Positions 19,325-28,200 of a stretch of DNA of 36,334 bases are shown in pieces. The notes under the pieces were generated by a model. The model worked only from the letters and a program-made list of their open reading frames with translations, searched no databases and had not been told where the DNA came from. The translations under genes were made by a program, and so were the position numbers. Within the stretch, counting starts at the first letter, position 1, and the number at the start of each line of letters is the position of its first letter. The stretch is from a virus. Taxonomy: Duplodnaviria > Caudoviricetes. The stretch covers positions 1 through 36,334 of the IMG/VR virus record IMGVR_UViG_3300042363_001352; one strand, given 5' to 3'.

Positions 19325-20061
19325 TGACACAAAATGTTATAGGATTTCCATCCGCAAATAGAAACGATGTTAATTTTGATAGAGTATTTGGAGAACCACT
19401 TCAAGCAAGTGGAAATCTAAATTATTTAGAATTTGTTGCAGTAGTTAAAGCTTTGTGGGAAAACGCTTATCCAGATATCAAGATAAAACCAACACAGAGT
19501 GGTACATACGCTGACTATCCGGTAATAGTATATGGTTTAGAGTTAAGAAAATCTCACACTAGCGAACCAAAGCCAAGAACTAGAACAACCCAAACTAATA
19601 AAAATGTAGTTGTTTTCGGCCAAAGATTTCAAAATATAGTTAGCTTTACCGTCATCACTGAGGCAAGTGCAGGAGCAAAACAGGGTTCTGCAGCTAGATA
19701 TTCTGGTCCAGAAGTAGCTGATAATATTATAGAAATATTTGAAGATTTCATGTTAGAACACACTCCTGTCTTTAAAAGGCTAGGCGCTTCAGAATTCGTA
19801 TATTCAAGAAGGCTTTCAGATTCAGAAGAAAATAGAGACAGTACAGACATCTGCAAAAGAACTGTTACCTATATGTTGACTACTGAAAAACTATTTGCTC
19901 AAAATGTTGACCATATTGAAAGTATAGTTTTGGACGTTAGAAGGTATATGTCTTATGAGAAATCTATATGGGATGAAGCGCAAAGGGGTGCTACTCCAAA
20001 CTTCTCTGGAACAGAATTAAGAATAGTTGACTTATATGGAAATTCTACTCCCAATACTTAA
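19324..20061 (+). CDS. Putative tail completion/terminator protein
   Basis: YPVIVY...ADNIIEIFEDFM...FVYSRR...RTVTYML; lies directly before the sheath gene. Confidence 0.5.
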   Translation: MTQNVIGFPSANRNDVNFDRVFGEPLQASGNLNYLEFVAVVKALWENAYPDIKIKPTQSGTYADYPVIVYGLELRKSHTSEPKPRTRTTQTNKNVVVFGQRFQNIVSFTVITEASAGAKQGSAARYSGPEVADNIIEIFEDFMLEHTPVFKRLGASEFVYSRRLSDSEENRDSTDICKRTVTYMLTTEKLFAQNVDHIESIVLDVRRYMSYEKSIWDEAQRGATPNFSGTELRIVDLYGNSTPNT

Positions 20062-20144
20062 TCTAGTTTGTTTTTACATCTTGCCCATTACTATATTGTC
20101 TGAAGTAAAATATTAATCTGCCGCAATCGGAGGTCTAAAGTCTA

Positions 20145-21413
20145 ATGGCTCTACCAGGTGTAAAAACAGTAATTAAAGATCGCTTTTATAGCATCGCAAG
20201 ACAGGATATTCCTGTCGGACCAAAAATTTGCCTTATCGCTCGCAGGTCTACTGCTGACAATACTGGTAATGTAAAGAATTTAGACGTTGTTCAAGCAACT
20301 ACAGAGCAAGACGTCATAACTGCATTTGGAGAAAATTCAGATGCACATAAAGGCTATTTTGAGCTTGTAGCAGGAGGCGCTGAAAGAATTTTTATCGTCC
20401 CACTTCCTAGCGATACAGTGTGGAACTACAGCACAGGTGCAGTAACAAGTTCAAGCTTTGGAGGAAGTGTTTTTGACGCTTGCTTCGAAGCAGCAGAAGC
20501 AGTACAGCCAGACATCATTATCCCTTGGGGTAGAGGCGCTAAGAATACAGACTTTGACTACAGCGCAGGTGCTTCACCAGACTGGCCAGGAAATGTTTAT
20601 GGCTTTGTAGCAGACAATGTTGCAAGCTCAAACAGCTTCGTTGTCAAAGTGGGCGAAAAGGTAAAAGCAATTTCAGAAAATTCATTTCCATGCTTTGCAG
20701 TTATGGGAGTAAAGCCATACGTAGATGGCTCTTCACAAATCATGACACCAGGAGAAGTATCAACTCATGTTGGTTCCGCAGGATTGTCTGCACTTATATC
20801 GAGAGATGATTCAGGATTCCTTGCAGGTGCAGCTAATGATGGCTACAGCAAGTATGTCTCAGTTATAATTGCAGAAGTTAAGCCAGTAAATTATCCAATT
20901 GAATGGGGTTTCGCTAATGGAGCAACTACATTTGCAGCTGCAATCAGTAGAATGGCGTCTTTTAGTTCACCAGTTAATAAGATAGCTTATAACATTGCAT
21001 CTATTAGATACAACCCAACTAGAACTCAGCAACTCATATTGTCAGATAAAGGCCTTAACTTTATTGCTCTTAACTTCAATAAAGTACCGACTTTTATTGA
21101 AGGCAATACATTTGCTCCATCTGGATCGGATTATACAAGAATCTCTACATTTAGAATTATATCAGAAGCGTCTACTCTGGTCAGACTGGTATGTCAAAAG
21201 TTTGTTGGTGAAGCATCAACGCTTCAAACTAGAAACTCTATGGAGACGGCGATTACTTCTGCGTTAAGAGGGATGCAACAATTGGGTGCCTTGCTGGATA
21301 GTGACTTTATTGTAAGTTACTCTCCAGCAGAAAATAAGGCGTTTATTGATCTTGTATTAACACCAGCATTTGAACTCAAGAACATTGAAGTTCAAGTATC
21401 TATAAGCATATAA
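20145..21413 (+). CDS. Major tail sheath protein
   Basis: MALPGVKTVIKD N-terminus; C-terminal RISTFRII...FVGE...AITSALRGMQQLGALLD...FIDLVLTPAFELKNIEVQVSI is a sheath C-domain pattern; GGAGG RBS. Confidence 0.8.
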   Translation: MALPGVKTVIKDRFYSIARQDIPVGPKICLIARRSTADNTGNVKNLDVVQATTEQDVITAFGENSDAHKGYFELVAGGAERIFIVPLPSDTVWNYSTGAVTSSSFGGSVFDACFEAAEAVQPDIIIPWGRGAKNTDFDYSAGASPDWPGNVYGFVADNVASSNSFVVKVGEKVKAISENSFPCFAVMGVKPYVDGSSQIMTPGEVSTHVGSAGLSALISRDDSGFLAGAANDGYSKYVSVIIAEVKPVNYPIEWGFANGATTFAAAISRMASFSSPVNKIAYNIASIRYNPTRTQQLILSDKGLNFIALNFNKVPTFIEGNTFAPSGSDYTRISTFRIISEASTLVRLVCQKFVGEASTLQTRNSMETAITSALRGMQQLGALLDSDFIVSYSPAENKAFIDLVLTPAFELKNIEVQVSISI

Positions 21414-21441
21414 AAAAAATACCGATTTGGAGGGTATATAA

Positions 21442-22155
21442 ATGGCAGAATATGAAGGCTCAGTTAATAAGTATCTCAATACTTATACTACATTTTCCGG
21501 AGCAGATATCGTAGCTACTTTTGGTGGCATTGAAATCGGAGCTCTATCTGGAATCACTTTCTCAGTTACTAGAGAAAAAGCACCTATCTACACAATGGGT
21601 TCACCAAACCCACGTTCCTTTTCAAGAGGAAAAAGAGGCATTGCAGGATCATTAATCTTTACAGTTTTTGATCGTCCAGCTCTTTACAACATGCTTGACG
21701 CAAATGCCTCGAGCAATGAACCTATGAAGTTCTTTACCAGAAAGAGTAATACTCTTCCAGGTACCGTAGGGCACAAGAGAGGTATAGCAGAATTTGACAA
21801 GCAACAACTTGATGTAGTTAGCCAAGTGCCTTTTTATGCAGACCAAATTCCCCCATTTGATATTACAATTACTTTTGCTAACGAATACGGCCAAGGTGCA
21901 GTAAGATCAATTTTTGGAGTTGAACTTTTGAATGAAGGCTCTGGAGCTTCTATGGACGACATTGTCATTGAAGAAACGATGACTTATGTAGCCCGTGAAA
22001 TCGGACCTATGTATAAAATTTCTGTTGACAAATCACTATTGAACAACGACCCAGAGGCGCAAGCCACCGAATTAACTCTTAGAAATCTCATTAACACAGG
22101 CGCAGTTGATCCTAGCGTTGGCAGGAATACTTCTTCGATAATTAGACCTGGTTAG
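21442..22155 (+). CDS. Major tail tube protein
   Basis: Follows the sheath; FSGADIVATF...ITFSVTREKAPIYTMG...RGKRGIAGSLIFTVFD...IPPFDITITFANEYG; strong RBS; followed by a terminator. Confidence 0.75.
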   Translation: MAEYEGSVNKYLNTYTTFSGADIVATFGGIEIGALSGITFSVTREKAPIYTMGSPNPRSFSRGKRGIAGSLIFTVFDRPALYNMLDANASSNEPMKFFTRKSNTLPGTVGHKRGIAEFDKQQLDVVSQVPFYADQIPPFDITITFANEYGQGAVRSIFGVELLNEGSGASMDDIVIEETMTYVAREIGPMYKISVDKSLLNNDPEAQATELTLRNLINTGAVDPSVGRNTSSIIRPG

Positions 22156-22177
22156 TATTTGTAAAATATAATTAAAG

Positions 22178-22218
22178 ATATGGGGACTGGATTAAACTCT
22201 GGTCCCCATATTTATTTG
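22178..22218 (+). terminator. Rho-independent terminator
   Basis: ATATGGGGACTGGA-TTAAAC-TCTGGTCCCCATAT hairpin (two G-U pairs) followed by TTATTTG. Confidence 0.8.
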
Positions 22219-22232
22219 TAAAGGAATAATCG

Positions 22233-22934
22233 ATGGCAATTGGCCCCGTGTATGATCGACATCCAGTAAGTAAACATAGACGAGAGCAGAATCTTCCAGA
22301 TCCTTTTTCTAATATGTCTTTTTCTGGAACTGATATATCAGCAGCAATGTTGATTCCAGCTATAAACAGAGAGACTGGCAACGCAGAAGGTACTGATATT
22401 CTAGAGCTTGGCGAGCTGCAAACAATATCATATTCAATGCATAGAGAGAACTCTCCAGTAAGGACTATAGGACATGTTAACCCAAGGGGATTCGTAAAAG
22501 GCAGTAGAACTATAGCTGGTTCTTTAATCTTTACAGTATTCAACGAGTATGCTTTCTATAGAATTAAAGAGTTTCGCCAAATTATGTCTGAAACAGGACT
22601 TTTTTTTGCCCCACTAGCAGACATGCTTCCTCCATTTGATGTAATATTATCATTCTTCAACGAATATGGTTTAGCAGCTAAAATGAAGATATATGGCATT
22701 ACTATAGTGGATGAAGGACAGACTATGTCTGTTGATGACCTTATTACAGAACAAACATACACGTACATGGCTAGAGGTATTCAGCCAATGATGAGCGTTG
22801 AAGATGATCCACTTCTTTTGCCAACTGATCAAAGAGAAGCTCATGAAAGAAGACAAGAAAATTTCTTTGGGAACAATAGTGGATTGTATACTAAATTAAT
22901 TGATAGAATTATTCCACCAACTGGATTTCAATAA
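22233..22934 (+). CDS. Tail tube paralogue (minor tube/baseplate-proximal)
   Basis: FSGTDI...ISYSMHRENSPVRTIG...KGSRTIAGSLIFTVFN...LPPFDVILSFFNEYG aligns with 21442..22155. Confidence 0.75.
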   Translation: MAIGPVYDRHPVSKHRREQNLPDPFSNMSFSGTDISAAMLIPAINRETGNAEGTDILELGELQTISYSMHRENSPVRTIGHVNPRGFVKGSRTIAGSLIFTVFNEYAFYRIKEFRQIMSETGLFFAPLADMLPPFDVILSFFNEYGLAAKMKIYGITIVDEGQTMSVDDLITEQTYTYMARGIQPMMSVEDDPLLLPTDQREAHERRQENFFGNNSGLYTKLIDRIIPPTGFQ

Positions 22935-22945
22935 AGGATTTTTAA

Positions 22946-24059
22946 ATGCCAGAAAGTATTTATCGGGTCTGCTAAATCTAGTTATGCTTCAGACTATGAA
23001 CCAGATCGAAGGCCCTATAAGCCCTATAGACCTTATAGTGCATATCTGCCAGCAGACTTACAAGAAAAGCTTTATGGAAAAGGCGGCAGTCTTCCTCCAG
23101 CAACTATTAGGACTGGACCATCTTACGACCCATTAAGTGCAGATATAGACACTCAGTGGGCTGGGAAAACAAGCGATGGACAAAAGTTTAATAGCTACTA
23201 TGATTATTATTTTAGTGGCGAAGACGTAAAAGTATATATAGATGGACTATTTGATCCTGAACATGAACTTGACATTGCATCCTTTTCTTTTGTAATTAAA
23301 CAAGAAAAACAACCGCTGTATGGTTTTTGGTCATATAACTACGATGCCATGATGGTAGGCAGCAGATTGATAACTGGTGAGATGGTTGTATACACTAGAT
23401 ATCCGGGAAGAATGAGAGACCTTCTTAGTTCTGCAGCGGAAGAAAGAGTTTTGTTTAACAGCGATAAACCAGGAGTATCAAGAATTCAGTCTTATCTAAG
23501 TGGCAATAATGAACAATCTTTAGATGACGAAAAAAATCTTCAAAGATACTGGAATAGATCTAATTTAGACAGACTTACAGCCGACAACGATAAAACTGAT
23601 AAAAGAAATATATTCAGTTCTCATCCACCGTTTAACTTTATAGTTAAATATGGAACACAAGAAGGTTCAGTCAGTACAATAAGTAGAAATCTAGGGACCG
23701 ACTCAGGTGACAATTTTGAAACGCTAGATAGATTAATGGCTACAGATTATAATGAAAGATTAGTAAAACCATCTAAGGTTAATACCGGAATGGATATAGT
23801 TTTGCAAGATGTTCATTTAACGAGTATGGGAACATCAATTGCGCCTGGTGGTCAGGTCATGGTTGAGAGCTACCAGTTTATATCTAGAGATATGTATATT
23901 TCAAGTGGCAATATTAGAAATACTGACCAATCTGTATTTTCAGCAGTTGATTCCACAGGAATTGAAAAGACTCCAGAAAACAAAATCCAGCCACCATTGT
24001 CGGCAGAAAGAATAACGCAGCTAAAACAACTTTTCGATGCCTATCCAGGTGTGCTATAA
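22946..24059 (+). CDS. Third tail-tube-like paralogue, ~370 aa, needs a +1 frameshift at CGG 22964-22966
   Basis: AAAGGA RBS and ATG22946 give MPESIY-CGG-GTC-TGC-TAA. The +1 frame from 22965 is open into the 23349 ORF and holds the family motif YFSGEDVKVYI...FSFVIKQEKQPLYG...GSRLITGEM, mostly upstream of the track's start. Confidence 0.75.
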
Positions 24060-24071
24060 TTGTGTTATAAT
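24052..24071 (+). promoter_or_regulatory. Tandem extended -10 elements
   Basis: TGCTATAAT (24052-60) and TGTTATAAT (24063-71) upstream of the AGGAG RBS and ATG24111. Confidence 0.5.
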
Positions 24072-24110
24072 GTAGATAGAAAAATGTTTAATTTAAATTA
24101 GGAGAAGAAA

Positions 24111-24644
24111 ATGGCCCAAGGAAGAAAAGTAATTGTTAAAAATTCTCAAGAGCTTGCAGAGCAGTCAGGTGCTGACGAAGCATACATCGCAGAAGAAGTA
24201 GCTGCAGATCAAGAAGATTTCAGCGAAATGCAGGCAGCTGCAGATTTTGTAAATGAAAATCCAACTACAGTAGAAGATCTTGCTGATGATGAATTGATTT
24301 GGCCAGATGGACCAACTGCTGGGCAAATCAAAATGTGGAAGAAGGAATACGGAGATGTTTACGTAACTTCTATCACTTTTGATAAGCACATTGCTTGGAG
24401 AACTCTTTCTAGATTAGAATACAAGAGCCTTGTAAGAAAGATGGAACAGCTAGTAGAAGCTGGGCAACTTTCTTCTTCAGAAGCAAATCTTTGGAACGAG
24501 GAAGCTATCGCAGAAATTTGCATATTATTCCCACAATACGATAGGCAGTCCATTACAGCAGACCTTGCTGGATTGCCCTCATTGATCTCTCAAGAGGTGC
24601 TAGAGGCATCTGGATTTGTAGCCCTAGAGGTTCGACAGCTCTAA
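24111..24644 (+). CDS. Tail assembly chaperone-like protein
   Basis: Between the tube genes and the tape-measure-position gene; WKKEYGDVY...WRTLSRLEY...AGLPSLISQEVLEASGF. Confidence 0.6.
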   Translation: MAQGRKVIVKNSQELAEQSGADEAYIAEEVAADQEDFSEMQAAADFVNENPTTVEDLADDELIWPDGPTAGQIKMWKKEYGDVYVTSITFDKHIAWRTLSRLEYKSLVRKMEQLVEAGQLSSSEANLWNEEAIAEICILFPQYDRQSITADLAGLPSLISQEVLEASGFVALEVRQL

Positions 24645-24647
24645 AAA

Positions 24648-25277
24648 ATGTTAGACTCAGACCTGTTATATGAATTAAAAAAACAGCATGGTTCTTTGTT
24701 TCAAACTTCAATTAAAAACCAGGTAGTTGTTTTTAGAGAGCTAAAATTTTCTGAGTTTGATAGAATAGCTGAACATCAACTATCTGGAGATTATACAAAT
24801 CTAGATATAGAAGACTTTATAATAAAAAGTGCTGTAGTATACCCATTGGAGTTTGATACAGACAGACTTCCAACTGGAATGATATCTTCTCTAGCTGATG
24901 AAATATTACAAGAATCTGGCTTTTCTTCCGCTAAAAAAGCTAAAAATGTTTTAGAGTCAAAAAGACAACAAGCTTCTGAAGTAAGAAGCTTAATGAAAGC
25001 CTTTGTTTTGGCTACTATATCTACATACTCTGCTGAAGATTTAGACAATATGACTTATACAAAGTTGGCAGAAAATGTAGCTTTGTCTGAAAAAATAATA
25101 GAAATTAAACAAAATATTCTTGGGATACAACCAACAAATGTAACCATACAATTGGTTGACCCTGAAGAAGAGGCAGAAAAACAAGAAGACTTTGCTAAGA
25201 GATTCAATCAATCTAGAGGCGCTGGAGAAGCAGTTTATCAAGACCCAGTTGCTCAAAAATTATGGGGAATAAGATAA
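24648..25277 (+). CDS. Second tail assembly chaperone-like protein (paralogue)
   Basis: LKKQHGSLF...FRELKFSEF...TGMISSLADEILQESGF aligns with 24111..24644. Confidence 0.6.
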   Translation: MLDSDLLYELKKQHGSLFQTSIKNQVVVFRELKFSEFDRIAEHQLSGDYTNLDIEDFIIKSAVVYPLEFDTDRLPTGMISSLADEILQESGFSSAKKAKNVLESKRQQASEVRSLMKAFVLATISTYSAEDLDNMTYTKLAENVALSEKIIEIKQNILGIQPTNVTIQLVDPEEEAEKQEDFAKRFNQSRGAGEAVYQDPVAQKLWGIR

Positions 25278-25294
25278 GAAAGGATCACTAAATC

Positions 25295-28200
25295 ATGATT
25301 AGAAATCGTGGTCCTATATCTACGCTTGGGTACAACCTTACCTCTAGGGATCTTCCAGTTGAAGAGGGAGAGACAGAGGGTCCAAGTCCTAACTCTGGAC
25401 ATATAGCAAAAGCGCTTAACGGTCATCCCGTTATGCGCTTTTTTGCTTCCGCTACAACAGCGTTAGTAGTCACTCACGTAGCTTCTAAGTTTGTTTCAGC
25501 TGGAGGAATAAAGCTTGCTACAAAGATACAAAAAGCATCGACTTCAAATGGACAATATGCTGGAGTAGCTACTAGGTTCATTGAGAGTGCTGGTAAGATA
25601 AAGAAGGCTCTAGACGAGCTAGAGGGCGTACACAGGAGCGTTGATGGAGTTGATCCGTCAGATGTATATTCTAAATTAGTTTTTGAATCTGGTGGAGAAA
25701 GACTAAAACAAAATTTAGATAGAGTAACTGGTGGAAGGTTTCTATTAGAGGCTGGTTCTTATCTTACGACTTCTGAAATTAGAGCAGCAGGAAAAGGCAT
25801 AACCCATGAACCACCAGCCGTATGGACGATCAAAGATGACATACAACAACTCTTAACCAGAAGAGCTAGAAATTTAGCTGTTGAATTGCCGGCTTTGTAC
25901 GTTGCCCAAAGAGCCGTTACAGAGCCACTGTATGGTGATGGCAATAGAAAAGATAGAGGCAAATGGTATAACCCAGTAGATGTTATATCAGACTTTGCTA
26001 AGCAGTCAACCATAAACATAGCAAGCATGTTAACTCCATTGGAACTTGGTGGAGCAGCACTTTCTAGAGCTAAGTTTCTTGCATCAGCTCCTTATTCTAA
26101 GAATCCAAATTTAGTTTTAACCGCAAAACAAACTAAGTTATCTGAATCATTCCTAGATATCAAAACTATCCTTGGCAGTTTTGGCCAAGACATGCAAAAG
26201 GTTCTGACTGGATTAACAAAAAACACAACAGCCTTAGGGGTTGCTTTTAGCTCTGCAGCGGATACGGTACAAAACTCTCCTGGAAGCTCAGTTTTTGCTC
26301 TTCAACAAGCAAGAAGAGGTGGACAAAAAGCAGCACAAGCAGCTTCCGATAGAGGTGCTGGAAAATTACAAACCGCTGCTGCGTCAGTAAAAGGTTATCT
26401 ATTTGGTCATCAAGTCAAAAATCCTTTAGACATAGACAGTGGTCAAAGATTCCAGGGTGCAATAGATGCAATTCCAGCTTTAAGAGGAACTACATCAGCA
26501 TTTTCTAATTTTAGAACTAATTTTAGAACAGGAAAAATTGCATATGACGTACTTGGTGGAGCACTAGCATATGATGAAGCTCTTCGTAAAGTAAGTGGAT
26601 CAGTAAGCGGAGGTCCTGCAGGGACAGGGCAAGAACTTCTTAAAACAGCAATATCAAACATAAGAGATTTACACACTAGTAAGTTTTCAGATTTTTCAAC
26701 TTCTTTACTTCAGGGAATGTTTGGAGCTGGAAGCGTAAATAAAGGTTTGACTTCTGGTGACTTTGGCAAAAACATGCAGGAGCATGAGTACAAGAAATAT
26801 CTTAGACATCAATTAGTTAATAGTGGAGTTAGTAAAGATACAGCATCAAGGTTTGTTCAATCGGTAGGCGTAGGTGAAATCCCAGGATCTCTTGGTGGAG
26901 CTACAAACGTTACAAGAAGATTGCGCTTAGGCACACAAGAAATTGTAGATGATAATAATGTAGATGATTTTTTTCAACAATTAATAGACAGAACAAGTCA
27001 TACAGCTGGTTATGCTGATCCATCTTTTACAAAAGATGCTTTGGCAAATTCTATTGAACTAACAGACATACTTTTTGCGCAAAAACAATTTAGAGAAACT
27101 CTAGAAGCTAAAATATCAAATTCATGGGCTAAGGTTTATGACAGTCATGTTGAGACTGGAAGAAGTTTAGTTAGACCACAAAAGGTAAGTTATTCTGATT
27201 TTGCAGGAGATGTTACTCCAGATAAAGCTGACTATTTAGCTAGATCAGTTGCCGATACAATGGGCATAAAGCTTATTGATAAAGATGGTAGAAGACTTTC
27301 AAAAAATGTAATTGGAGACAGTTTAGCTAAACGTGGCATAAACGTAGAAGATACTGGACAATTAAGAGCATATCTAATAGAGAATAGGAGAATGACTTCT
27401 CCTGTACATGGAGATGGATTTAATGTATTTGGATTAAAACCATTATTAATTGACGAAGCTTTTCAAAAGGGTTTATTTAGTCGCCTAGAAGACGACCAAA
27501 AAAATGTTATTGAAGAATTAGCTACACAAATAGCCAGGACAGATCCTTTGTCTTCTACGATAGGCTACTCACAAATGAAAGGCGTTTACCAGACTAGATC
27601 TGGAGAAGTTTTAGACACAACTAGAATAACAGGAATGCTATCAAGAGGTGTTGATTTCCTGAGAGATAATACACAAATACCTGTCCTTAAATTTAACCCG
27701 CTTGATATGATTGGCCAAGGCGGTGCTCAGGGTATAGATAAAAGAAGAATGTTTGAATACACAGAAGGTTTTTCTGCCCAACCTTTTGGCAATCTTGGAG
27801 AAGAAACTCCTAACCTTTATATATTTAGTCAAGAAAAAAGAGGGTTTTTTGGAGCAAAGGGAAGTATATCACTATTATCCAATGATAGTAATGGATCTTC
27901 AGTTATCAAAAAAATGCCCGGGCTATATAGGCAATTTTCAACTAATGAAAACGATATGTTCTCTAGGGCTGCTAGGTCTGTTGCACAAAGGCAGCTTACA
28001 TTAGCACTTGATGCAAGGGGTCCACAAGATGATAGTTCCTTAGGTCTTCTTGATAGAGTTAAGAAAAAATTTGACGTAGCAGAAGAACAACAAAACTCAC
28101 TTGCTAGATATATTGGAAGATTCCGCAAAAGAAGAACTGACATAAATAATCCAACTGTATTTGCAAGACTTATGGCAGATGAAGAAGTATCCGTTGGAAG

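Noticed and set aside
22932-22964. TAA read-through fusing the second and third tube paralogues (same frame)
   Set aside because: A dedicated RBS and ATG at 22946, plus the CGG pattern matching two other sites, explain it better; TAA is the normal stop here.
24630-24660. Classic -1 G/GT tail-chaperone frameshift
   Set aside because: The two chaperone ORFs are in the same frame, separated by TAA-AAA-ATG, and each is a complete paralogue; no slippery heptamer precedes the stop.
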